From assembly GCA_002269645.1 (NCBI GenBank), contig NIVC01002050.1, positions 62,001-126,000 of the forward strand: a DNA stretch of 64,000 bases. The letters run 5' to 3'. Source of the stretch: Macrostomum lignano. Its lineage: Eukaryota. A program made the position numbers and the translations under genes. Every line of letters begins with the position of its first letter. The first letter of the stretch is position 1. The notes beneath the pieces were generated by a model. It was not told the DNA's origin, made no database searches, and saw only the letters and a list, made by a program, of their open reading frames with translations. Shown piece after piece: positions 50,408 to 62,320 of this stretch.

Positions 50408-51550
50408 CCTCTTGATAAATATGACAATACATGCAGATCGAAGCGAAGTTAACTCCTCGAATCCTAGTCAAGTTGTTAGTTTATTGTCAGTCGGTAACTA
50501 AATTCCAGGTGATCTGTCCGCCGGTAAAATAGTATTCATCACATAATTAGCTGCCAACTCCGTACACGGTGCAGTCTGTGCAGTTCGACTCTCCCTGGTA
50601 CCCGAAGTGTTTCCTTGTTCGAGCTTTGCAGCAAGCCGGCCATTTCAATCTGTACAGTCATGACTCGGCAGCGTACTGCAGCAGTGTAAATTAAATCTCA
50701 AATGGCGTCTTGTTATTGTTTACAGTTCTGCTTTTCACATAAATACTCGGTTTGCATGATCTTAATAATAATCCTAGTTTGTGTTCGAATTCAATTAGCG
50801 CTGAATATGCCCTGCCGTTCTGTTCTTTCTATATGCTTATTCGAGTATTTAATGTTTATATTTATAGTTATATATGCTTTATGCAAAGTAGCCGAGATGA
50901 GGTCTGTCTCTAGCTAATCAACCCGTGGATCAACGGCCGTTTTTTTGACGATTTCCGGCAATGTGTGTACATAGATTCTGTGGCCCACTGATAGTCAATA
51001 CCCCCAATTGCACTTTTAAACTCCCGCTAATTCAATGCAGATTTTGTAAGTAAAGTTCTGCGTATGCAATCTACACCGCCGCAAGGTGTGAAAATATACT
51101 AGCATCATTTATTTATCATATTACTACTGATACATACTACTGACTACTACCCTTACTGAGTCACAGGATTATCACTGTAAAACTACAAGTTTGTAAGGAT
51201 TAACAGTGTGACTGTCTAGTTTTTTTAACAGAACAAAAAACAAAACTTGCTTTCAGTTTTTTAAAGATGTTTTTATTAGTGTTGAGCTTGCCAATGCTAC
51301 AGATAACAGACATAACAAGGCCCGTATAAAACTTTGTAATATAACTCATAAGAAGACTAAAAAATTGATTAAGAACGAAAATGCAAAACACGCGAACTGC
51401 AACAGCAAGAAGCAAGGAAGCTTCAGAAGACATGAAAGATAATTAAATGCAAACATTACTAATGTCATCACCAACACAAACCAAACCAAAATAAAATCAA
51501 CATCATTCATTCAGCATCGCCTGTTCACTTGAACCGGCCCCAGCCGCCCA

Positions 51551-54500
51551 TCAATTGGCCTGGCGGCAAAGTAGGCAGCTGTGGCAGTGTTGAGACTGCA
51601 CCAGATGATAGTGGAGGCTGCTGCTGCGGCTGCAAGTGAGCGAAAGATGAGCAGTGTCTTTCGACCAGCGCCTATCACCTGGCCAACCATTTTGATAAGA
51701 CAGCGGAGATCTTACCGTCGTGGCAGACTGTTGCTGCCCTGCGAGCAGCGCACGAAAGCGAGGCGGAGCAAGAGGCCGCCGCAGAGGCGAGAAAAACGGC
51801 ACCGCCTCTGGGCTGAGCACAGTCGAGTCTGAAATGGAGCAACACAACGAATCCATAGCGAATGGTTCACTCAATTAAGGCTGCCCATATTGGGCTCACA
51901 CAAAGCGTTGGAACTGAGAGGGGGCGAGGTGGCGGGAGGAGGCATTGGAACTCACTCTGCTGAGTCTGACTGGGCAAATCAGACTCGCTGCTGCTGCTGC
52001 TGCTGGCATCGGAGCCCTGCTCAGGTTCTTCTTCCAAGCAGAACAGCTGCAGCTGCACTGAGCAGCGAGTCAGCCTGGCCCTGGCTGAGCTGAGCAGCCC
52101 GCTGCAGGCCGGCTGCCGCACCGAGGCCAAATCGGCTCGGACGCCAGCCAGGGCGCCGGCCGCGAGGGAGACCCTCTGGCGGATGCTGAGTCTGGACTTC
52201 GTCAACGGAACAGCGCAGCGGGAGACGCGCCCGCTCAAACCTGCCCATTGTCAATCAATCAACAAAGAACAGAAATGGTGAAACTGAAACAGTTGCACGG
52301 TCAAAATAATAAAAAACTGTAAACAGAATTTTTTTAACGCTTACGAGATTGCGATGACTCGTGCGGAGAAAAATCCTTTTTTAAATTGCAACAACGATTA
52401 GAAACTGGGGAAAAGGTTTCAAGAGACTGAGAACAAATCTCACTAAAAACCATTAGTGATCAATGTGTCACAATTGTCCTCAATGACTTTTGTCCTCACG
52501 ACTCCTCCCCGTTGCCTCAAATCAATATGATCTTCATCGTTAAATTATGGATGATTAACTCTTCCTTCTTGGAAGCTGCGCACCAGTCGTTCTCTCTATT
52601 CTGCAGAGATCCACGCGCCTTAGACAAAAATGTCAACAATGTGTCGCCAAAATCAAAGTCACTTTTGCCAAAGTCTAGATTGAAATGGTATACAGCACAG
52701 GTGAGTTACTAAGCTGGTTAATGGTGATGGCTTTGTCGTGCCGATCGGGTTCCCTTCGAATTCCCTCGCTTCTTTGTGCCGGTACGGCCTGTGACTCCGG
52801 TGCATCTGGTCTCTGACCATTGCCTCGTCTGCAATTACCTCGCACGAGTCATCGCAGTCTCGGTAAATAAACAAACAAAATTAACGGGATTAAACGATAG
52901 CGCTGTCGTGAACTTAAACAGGCCCAACTTACCGCCAGAGCCAACAATTTGGCAAACGGCTGCACCGTCTGTATGTTTAGGCTGCTCGTCGGCAACTCGG
53001 CCGCTCTCTGCAGAGTCGGGAGAGGAGTTTCAATAAATCATGGCACTCTACACAATGCAGTGAGCAATTGACATAAAAAGGAAAATCAAAGCCGATTATA
53101 TTCACCATGCGAACCCGTTGCGCCCTGAACGCGGGCCTGATCACCAGCTTGGCTTGCGGCAGGGATCCCAGCATGCGATTCCTTTTGCTCAGTTGGTTTC
53201 ACAGCAAACTTAAAGACTGACTGCTTAGCTTCAAGAAATTTGTCAACCTGCTGCTCATAACCATGCTGCTCATAGTCTTGTTGATGCTCATTATCGGCCT
53301 GCTGCTCATGGTCCTGTTGATGCTCATCATCGGCCTGCTGCTCATAAGCTTGCTGCTCATCATCGGCCTGCTGCTCCTCATCGGCCTGCTGCTCATCATC
53401 GACCTGCTGCTCCTCATCGGCCTGCTGCTCCTCATCGGCCTGCTGCTCATCATCGGCCTGCTGCTCCTCATCGGCCTGCGGCTCATAATCCTGCCACTCA
53501 TTATCAGCCTGATGCTCATAGCCCTGCTGCTCATAATATTGACGCTCATAGTCCTCCTGCTGCTCATAATCTTGACGCTCATAGTCCTGCTGCTCATAAT
53601 CTTGACGCTCATAGTCCTGCTGCTCATAATTTTGACGCTTATAGTCCTGCTGCTCATAATCTTGACACTCATAATTCTGCCACTCATAATTCTGCCGCTG
53701 CTCATCATCAGCTTCCTGCCCATCATCAGCCTGCGGCTCATCATCAGCCTGACGCTCATAGTCCTGCTGCTCATAATCTTGACGCTCATAGTCCTGCTGC
53801 TCATAATCTTGACGCTCATAGTCCTGCTGCTCATAATCTTGACGCTCATAGTCCTGCTGCTCATAATCTTGACGCTCATAGTCCTGCTGCTCATAATCTT
53901 GGTTATGATCATATTCCTGCAGGTTCTCGTCGAGGCCATCGCCAGCTTCGCTGCCGGGCGTCATGGCGCGGCTGCTGCCCGCTTCCGCATCGGTGCCGAC
54001 CTCTTCGATGTCGGAGTGGCCGCCGGTGCGCACGCTGGCCTCGGGCTCGCATTGAGCGGCTACGGGACCGGGGAATGAAAACATTGTCCGACTTGCAAAG
54101 GTAGGCAGAGTTTCAATATAAATCCCCACTGAGGCCTACAGGCCCAATACAAAACTCATTATTTACCCTTCTTGCCGTCTGGCTTGCAGAGCCTGTCCAC
54201 CTTGCCCAGCGGTGCGAAAGCCTTCTGCTTGAAGTCAATCTGAAGTTTCAGCACGAAGCGGTATTATACATTGTCAAGCGCTTTTAACTACCAGCAATCA
54301 CCTGTACAACAGTAATAAATCACTCACCTGAATCGGCAGCAGTCCGAGCGACTGTCTGCTGAAAAATTCCAAGAAAGAGCCCATCTCTCCATCCAGATAC
54401 ACAGAGTACGGCGCGTGCGGCTGAAGAGCAAAGTTGCAGACCCACCAATCAATTTAATAACTTGCAGATTAAATATGACAACAAAGGAACCAACCTGATC

Positions 54501-57500
54501 AGCTGGGGGCTCAAGATCCACAGTCAGCTTGAGCAGCACGTCCTGAGTGATTCGGTGGAACTCTTTCACGGCGGCCTCATCAAACTGGGCGGCTCCGCCA
54601 TTCGGAATCAGAAAGGCCAGTCGGCACAGAATTGCGTGGGCGGGGACTCCCTCCGCGAACCTCCGGTGCATGCAGCGCAGGTCGGACACGCCAACAGTCA
54701 GCAGCTCTCCGTAGTCGACATCCTCCACCAGCCGTCGGTCAGCGGAGCCGTCGGCAGCATGACTGACGATTCTCACCCGCCGACAGCCCTGCTTGGTGAC
54801 GGCCACGCACAGCTGATCAGGCCTGGTGTACACCTCCGGCATTGGCGGGTGCTCAGCCGAGTCCAGCTGCTCCATCAGCTTGTCCAGGCGGTTCGACACC
54901 TCGCCGTGTGGAATCACGAAGAAGCGGCCCGGGCCCGAGTTTGAGGCCAGCGGCACCAGCACGTTGTACTGCTGCTGCAGCAGGTAGTGCGCGCTCACTT
55001 CGGTGCCAACAGCGGGCTGCCGCGGCCGCCGCATGCGCTCGACGGGCAGCCGGTAGCCGGGAGGCACGCAGTTCTCGGGAAACGGCGGCGCCTTCGGCAG
55101 GTTGGGCAGCCGCGTGCCGTACACGGCGATGCGGAGATCCGGGTCAATGGGATTTTTCATCAGCACTATGCCCGGGATTTGGCGCAGCAGATCCAACAGA
55201 TTGTTGCAGCCCATGCTAGAGAAGCTGGGCAGGTCGCACTTAAATCTGTCGGAATGAGGTCAGAAAATGATTATCCAATCGGGGCTCTGTCCAATTTAAG
55301 CTAAATAATGCAGCGTTGGCGTTGGCTGTGAATAACGGTCAAGCTTGCGCAATTTCAGATACAAACGTGTTATGTTGGAAGTTACGAGCTACGTACTTCG
55401 TAGCGCTTTTTCATATCGTAGTAATGTGTTAGTAGTAACAAATTTCATATCGTAGGCAGGTTAGTAGTAACAAATTATCGCAATATAATAAAAGTGACGC
55501 GTTGTTTGTGTGTGTTATGTGTGTTTCATAACATCTCTGAAACTACTGGGCCAATTTTTATGTGACAAGTTTTTTAAAACTATAAAACTTAAGTTATTTA
55601 CTGGCTGTGTGACCCGCTAACTTTGGCACCAAGCAGGTCGCCGAGGTGTGAAGAGTTGTAAACAGCCGGTCCCGCACCCTGGCCTGCCTGTCGGCTAGGT
55701 CATGGGGCTGGCCTAAGGAGAGCATCATGTGCACCTTCAAAGCCCTACTACACGGCGTGGCAACCCTAGCTTTCTGACTCCAGCGTGCTCAAAACCAGGT
55801 CCTGCGCATTGTTACGTCAATTGCGCACTACGCCGGTGGAAGCCCTGCATCTGGAAGCCGGTATCTGCACGGCGGACACGATGCGCAAGCAGCTGTCTCA
55901 CCGCGTACGAGAAGGCGCTCTGCTTGCCTGCCGCGCACCCTTGCCGCTGTACCGCGGAGGGTCAGGTCCCGCACCGCACGGCCAGAAGTAGCTGGCGTCA
56001 CCGCGCCGAGCTGCTCCTGACAAATATGCCGGGAGACTTTTTCCCCGCGAGCCGCTGTCGGCCGTTCCACCGTGCCCGTGGAGGCGCTCCACCGCTGCTC
56101 TCAGCGCGTCTACAGCCCTCCACCCGCTTCACGCTGCCCCTACCGACGCGGATTCTCAGGCTGACGCCGCGATGCGAGCCAGGTGGCACGCGGAGAATAC
56201 CATTAGACAAGCGGCGGCTGACCTGGTCCTGTCCTGAGCGGTCTGTCTGATCACCAGCGGCGACCCCGCCAAACCGACCGTCATCGATACGATCACCGCG
56301 CGGTGCTGCATTGACCTGCAGCTTCAGACGATTCAGGAGTGGCCACTCTATGGACCTGGTGGAGTACAGGAAGCGTATGGGTAGACAAGAGGAGGGCTGG
56401 TGTACGAGGTGCGGTTTGGAGGCCGAGACGCTGGAGCACGTCATGGAGTGCCCCGTCACGCGCAGCCTTAGGGAGGAGCTTTTTCGCAATCATACCGTCT
56501 CTCCGAGGCGACCCGGCCCGAGGCAGCCCCTCCAGAACCGCCATTAACGATAGAGAAAAAGCGAAAGCGTTTTGCGGTCTCTACGCCAGCATCTCACGGA
56601 ACCCACGCGACCGCGACGACTGCACCATCAACTACCAGGCCTACAGAGCTATGCAAGCCACCTGCTGTAACAGGAACGATCGAAAGGGGCTCTGCTCAGC
56701 CTTCTCCGCAGCTGAGCTTAAAAACGTACTGACCAGCCTTAAGTCCGTCAAGAGCCCCAGCGACGATCAGGTCACGAACGAGATGCTGAAGTACCTTGGG
56801 AGCCCCACGGAAAAAGGCTGCTCGACTTGGTGAATAAATCGTGGCTGACCGGGAAATGCCCGCACCAATTGCGATGCGCCACTATCATTTCCATACCTAA
56901 GCGCAGCAAACGGCGGAGGAACTCGGCAGTTACAGACCGGTCGCCCTCACCAGTTGTATTGCAAAGGTCGCAGAACGACTGGTCTACCACCGGCTCAGCC
57001 ACTTCCTTGAGTCCACCGGTAAGAGCAGCGGAGTGCAAGCCGGGTTCCGAAAGGGCAGATCATGCGAGGAGCAGATCGCCCGCATCTCCCAATGAATCTT
57101 CGACGGCTTCGAAAGATCCCCAGCACTGCGCTCCATCCTCGGACACCTGGACTTCTCCCGCGCCTACGACAGGGTCTGGAAGAGAGCCCTCCTTCTGAAA
57201 ATTAAAGAGGTCGGCACCCCACCCTGTGTCCTAAGATGGATCAACAGCTTTCTGGCGTACATAAGAGCCAAGGTCCGGGTAGGCACCAGCAACAGCAAGG
57301 AATGCACTTTCCGCGAGGGGCTCCCACAAGGCAGCGTCCTGGCCCCGCTCCTATGGCTTGTCTACATCAACGCCCTCCCGGACACTATCCACGCCGCTTC
57401 ACCGGACACGAGTGTGAGCCTGTACGCCGACGACAGCGCGATACTCGCCACCAAGAAAAGTCTGCACGAATGCAAGAACAGCCTGCAACCGGCTCTGGAC

Positions 57501-60500
57501 GTCATCGTCGGGTGGTGCAAGAGATGGAAGGTCGTGCTCAGCCCCGAGAAATGCAGCTACAGCACCTTCACGCTAACCCCGGCCGAGAACAGAGGCAAAA
57601 CACGACTCGACCTCAACATCGACGGAGCCCCACTGCGGTTCGAGGCGACCCCGACCTTCCTAGGCGTCAAATTCGATTACCACCTCGGCTTTGGAGAGCA
57701 CGCCAAGGACATCAGACGCAGAATGGTAGCTAGACGCCGACCGATCCAGATGCTCGCAGACAGACAAACGGGCGCCGACCAAAGAACACTGTGCGCAGCC
57801 TACATCGCAACCTGCCGCTCCATTGCGGACTACGGCAGTGCCATCTGGCTAACGAGCGCAGCCCCAAGCAACCGGGCCCTCGTTGAGCGCCAACAGAACG
57901 CGTGCGCACGCTTAATCACTGGCTGCGTAATGCCCTCCCGGACGGACAAACTGCTGGCCGTCGCCAACCTGCCGCTCCTCCATCACGTCGCCGCGGAAAG
58001 GGCTGTCAACCTCCGCGAGAGGATGGCCAGACTACCGGCCGATATTCCAGTGCACCAATCAGCAACCGCAACCCAGCGACCAAGACTCAAAAACCGGACC
58101 TACGAAACCGCACGGAACACCCCGACCGACGGCGGCCGGCGCCAAGAACGCATTCCGGACGCGCTCTCGGACGCCAACCACCCGTTCCACGCCTGCTGGC
58201 GGCGCATCGCACAAGAACTGGACTGCAACGCCACGCTTAAGGCCCACCCAAGAGCACCAGCGGCAACCGGCCCAGCATCGTGGACCATCGACAACAGCCT
58301 TGAAGTCCGCTTCGACACGTCGGCCACCAAAGAAACATCACGTCAAATGTCAGCAGAACTCCGCGCAGCCTACGCTGAACCAACCGTGTCCCGTCTCACG
58401 GACCACGTCATCTGGACCGACGGTTCGGTCGAGGACGGCTTCAGAAGCGGCGGAGGAGCAGCATGAGTAAGAGATCTGCATGAGTACACCAGCTACAAAG
58501 TTCAGGGAAAGAAAGATCATGGTGAAGAATGGCTACCAGAACGGGGCTTACGTGAGGGATGCCCCACGTCTCCGGTCCTGTTCAATATATTCCACCAAGC
58601 ATGCATTAGACTATTAGAAGAAAGAACCAGAGCAGCCGAAAGGAATGCCACACCACGCGGTATCGAATGGCAATGGCTCCCGGGTCCCTCAGTGCCACCT
58701 CAGAGGATCAACCAATTTAACTCCGAAATGAGAGGACACCAGTTTCGGACATCCCTCTTCGCAGATGACACAACCATCATGGGTAAACGGAACGAATTGG
58801 AACAAGGTCTTGAAATAACTAAAAATGGATGAGCGAATTTGAAGAAAAGACCTATGACGACAAGCAAAAGGAGATGGTGATGGGGACGACAGGAGGGAAC
58901 ATAAGAATGCTGGGCTCATGGTCAAGGACGCGAAGAAGACACAAAGAACAAAATCCAACGAGCAGCACACAGCTGGAGCATTGGAATGCGCGCGGCAGGC
59001 CTGATAGGGGCAAGGATTAGTGTATTGCAAGATAACATGAGAGACAGAGACGAGAGGAGAGTGCGAGCCAGGACCCAGTGGAAACTGAGGACCATCCAAG
59101 AAAAGCCAGAGCCGAGATAAACCGAGAACAGAACACATAAAGAAGGCGAGAGAAAGGAGGCGACGTTGGAGGAGAGTAAGGAGGAGGGAGATGAAAAACT
59201 TCGAAAAGAACAAAATAGCACAAAAAGCACAAAGACATGTTTAAAAAATGAAAGGTCACGCTCCTAACAGAACTGAATAAAGACAGCCAAGGGATTCGAA
59301 CCTTCCAGCACGGAAACAAAGAAGCAACAGTAGCATACACCAACAAAGTGGGAATCTTGCTAGACGAGGAAAGCTTATCCCTATGGAGAATGTCCGGCCG
59401 CAAGTTACATACAACGGAACGATCGCGATCGAGATAGGCAATTTCGAACTTATGGCCATCTACCAACCGGTCAAAGGATCCGAGGACTACAACATCCAAC
59501 GTGCACCCATTGCTGCCAAGCGACTTCTACGTGGATACCTACTCAGCGAGACTCCAAATGAAGAAAACAGTCTCCTGCTTTGTAGCAGCCTTCGTAGCAG
59601 GCCGACTCGCGAACTCTACTTTTCGCGCAAGTTAAAGAGAGTAGGCAGTTCCATGGCAGTGCTACATTTCAAGTCTGCCCACTGCTGTTAGCCGATGCAC
59701 CTTTGCAGCCGCTGTTTCTTTTGGCGGGCAGTTCAAATCCTGAAGAAGCCGGCTGCACCTTATGTCACGTTCGGAGGCTCGCCTGCCGTCTGTTTGACAT
59801 TTTTCCTGTCGATGTGGATGTTGTTCCCAATGCGACCCAAATCGAAGGTACATGTGCTGCGGTGGTTCAATTTAAAGAAACAGGTGACTTTCTCGCAATG
59901 GACGGCAGTGTTTGCTTTTGCGAGCCACCAGCACCAAATGGGCATCATAGGTGGGAGGAAGTGTCCGTTTTCTGGTCAAGGAGGCCATCCGCAAACAGTT
60001 GCCGCGATCCCGCAATTCTATTCTGGGATCCAGCCAACAAACGGGAAGCCAAGGCCAGGGAGAAAATGTCTTAAGGTCTCTGAGTCAGCTTGAGACAGAC
60101 TTGGCAGCCGGTCAAGTACAATGTAACGGCAGACCGACTCGCCAGGACAATGCGGACCATTCTCTCCGCAAGCCATTTGATACTATGAGCAATCCATTTA
60201 ATACCATATGGGACCTGATCTTTGGCCTATCCTCAAATTTTACGTTGTCGAATAATTATGAATCAGTAAAAGTAATTTGTAAAAATGTTTCTTCACATCC
60301 TTACTACATTCGGAGCAACAACGGATGTTGCAGCGAGCAATAAACCGACGATGAGAATGGTTGCTATTCGACAATACCGTTTTAATCGGATTTACTCATT
60401 CCTTAGTTACAGAAACAATTGGATTTAATAAATCGCTAGTCAGGTCTTCGTGTCCGTAGCCAATGGACCTACCGCCCAACAAGATAGCTCAGCACTGGTG

Positions 60501-62320
60501 TGTCAGCACCGACAGGGTCTAATTAGTGACCTGTGCTCAGGGCTGCTCCGTGCGGTATTCACTGAAGACGACCTGCTCACGAAGTCGTTGACGGGCCTGC
60601 GTGTCAGAGAAGTCGCTGGACGCGGTACAATTCTTTTTAATACGGATTGTAAAGGAAAATGTACCCCCTTCCCGGGCGCAGATTATCCCTTCCCGGGAAC
60701 GGCGTTTGAAGACATCAGTAGACGGCAGGTATTTTACCAAATGTAAGGATCTCGGCGGTTAACAGTCACGCACGAGTCTCGCGCCAAAAAGTACTCGTCA
60801 AATTGAATTTTGGGCTCGAGAACGGCTTGTCGTGATGGTCATGACGGCCAGTCCTCAAGCCTGACGCTGTACACCGTGTGAGTGCGTGCCTGTATGTATA
60901 TGTGCGTGCTCAGGGGTCAACGGAATGGGCATGACTGCTTGTCTCCTCACTGGCTGCAAGCCGACTATCGCCTTGACTTGCGGCAAAAATAGCAAAACAG
61001 TGAGAGTTGCAATAGAAATCTGCACTCACTCCTCCCGGTACTTTTCAGGCAGCAGGAGAACTGGCAGGCCGGGATAAACGTAGGCGATGCACAGCAGCCG
61101 CTTTTTCACCTCAGCAGGCAGACTCAGCTGCCGCTTTGGCGCCGATGCGCTGCACTTTGCCGACTCGACCATGGCGTTGCTGGCGACCCGCAGGCACCGC
61201 TTCGAGTTCAGGACGAGCCGACCGGACAGCGCCAGGTTGACGGCCACCTCCTCGGCCGAGCTGCGGTCGAACAGGTCCAGCGGAAACGGCTGCTTGTAGA
61301 AGATCTCGAAGGATTGGGCCAAGTGGGCTGGACGCAGCGGCATCGACAGGCGCTCGGCGGCCACGCGCACCAGCTCGACAATCGACTCGACGGCCTCCGC
61401 CTGCTTCGCCGAGCGTTCGGCATCGCGCTGCCCCTGCAGCTCCAGCTGGCGCTGACGCTCGCGCTCCTCCTTTCGCTGGCGCTCGCGCTCCTCGTAGCGC
61501 TTGCGCTCGCGCTGCAGCTGACGCTCAAGCTCCTCTTCGAGCTCCTCGCGCTTTATCTGGCTTTCCTTCTCGCTTATGATTATTTCTTTTGCTGCATGGG
61601 ACAAAAAATTCACTATTGGAGTTAATAATTAAATAATAATAAATTAATACCAATAGCTGGTTATGTATACATTCTCCTCCTTTTCCCAGTGTGGCTATGG
61701 AAAAGTAAGTCCGAGGATGCATTTCTCAGGCCGAGGCGAACTTTTACTTAGAAAATGCTGCTGAAGACACTTAGCAGGTACAAGTCTGGAATAGTCACTA
61801 AATGTGTCACTAGATGCGTCACTGAGTCACTAGATTAGTCCTGAGTGTCACTAGATACATCACTGGAAGTCCCCAGATTAGTCACTGAACTGAATGTGTC
61901 ACTCGATGAGTCACTGGAAGTCACTAGATTAGTCATTGAATGTGCCACTAGATGCGTTTGGAATTCACCAGATCAGTCACTGAACTGAATGTGTCACTAG
62001 ATGCGTCACTGGAAGTCACTAGATTAGTCACTTAACCGAATCGTCACCAGATGCAGCCACTAACTGCTTCACAGTACAATACGCCGCTTACGGTTAGTGA
62101 GGACCAGTCGGACGCAGGACTCTCCTTGCCATTCGTATACCTGCATGCCGTCAATGGAGTCTAGCAAGTCTTCCAATGATTTAAAATTAAACTGTTGCCA
62201 TCGCAACGGACCAACGCAGCGAGCGTACTCGCTGGCAAGGGCCGCGCAAGTGACATTTTGCTGACGTTTTAAATTTGGAACGCGCATGCATAGGCGCAGA
62301 TTGACGGCCACCTGCTCCAT
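51551..62320 (-). CDS. LOTUS (OST-HTH) x3 + Tudor domain protein, TDRD5/Tejas-like germ-granule protein
   Basis: Phase-consistent exons 62320-62092 (LOTUS1 ...EYARCVG...FKSLEDLLDSI), 61591-61030 (coiled coil, LOTUS2, start of LOTUS3), 55245-54495 (EKYRE-EFKCDLP...LLDLLRQIPG; extended Tudor ...RVRIV...VDYGE...HAILCRL), 54420-54328, 54239-54167, 54128-53106 (acidic repeat), 53007-52933, from 52858. Probable terminal exons are 52240-51956 and 51828-51551; the link from exon 8 to them is unresolved. Confidence 0.75.
53250..53900 (-). repeat. Coding minisatellite (15/30-bp and 18-bp units) encoding QDYE(Q/R) and QQADD/EE repeats
   Basis: GAGCAGCAGGACTAT/GAGCGTCAAGATTAT units inside an open, phase-consistent 1023-nt exon. 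Confidence 0.85.
55605..56480 (+). mobile_element. Decayed I-group (Ingi/I-like) LINE 3' fragment
   Basis: LACLSARSWGW, LRTTPVEALHLEAG (post-RT region) and FRSGHS...WCTRCG..ETLEHVMECP (C-terminal Cys/His motif); frameshifts; RNase H region missing. Confidence 0.7.
56480..58466 (+). mobile_element. Decayed I-group LINE internal fragment (RT to start of RNase H)
   Basis: KSPSDDQVTNEML, LDFSRAYDRVW, GLPQGSVLAPLLW, SLYADD, PTFLGVKFD, WTDGSVE; several frameshifts; both ends truncated. Confidence 0.88.
58473..60130 (+). mobile_element. Rearranged, decayed RTE-like LINE fragments
   Basis: RT piece WLPERGLREGCPTSPVLFNIFHQ...LFADDT (58473-58830), an APE-like piece IEIGNFELMAIYQP (~59430) and an RTE-like C-terminal LFWDP..GKPRPGR piece (~60020-60070). 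Confidence 0.6.
61795..62060. repeat. Degenerate GTCACTAGAT-type repeat in intron 1 of the LOTUS/Tudor gene
   Basis: Many GTCACTAGAT/GTCACTG motifs. Confidence 0.75.

Noticed and set aside
53263-54078. 271-aa Leu/Ile-rich ORF that looks like a membrane protein
   Set aside because: Antisense shadow of the QDYE coding repeat
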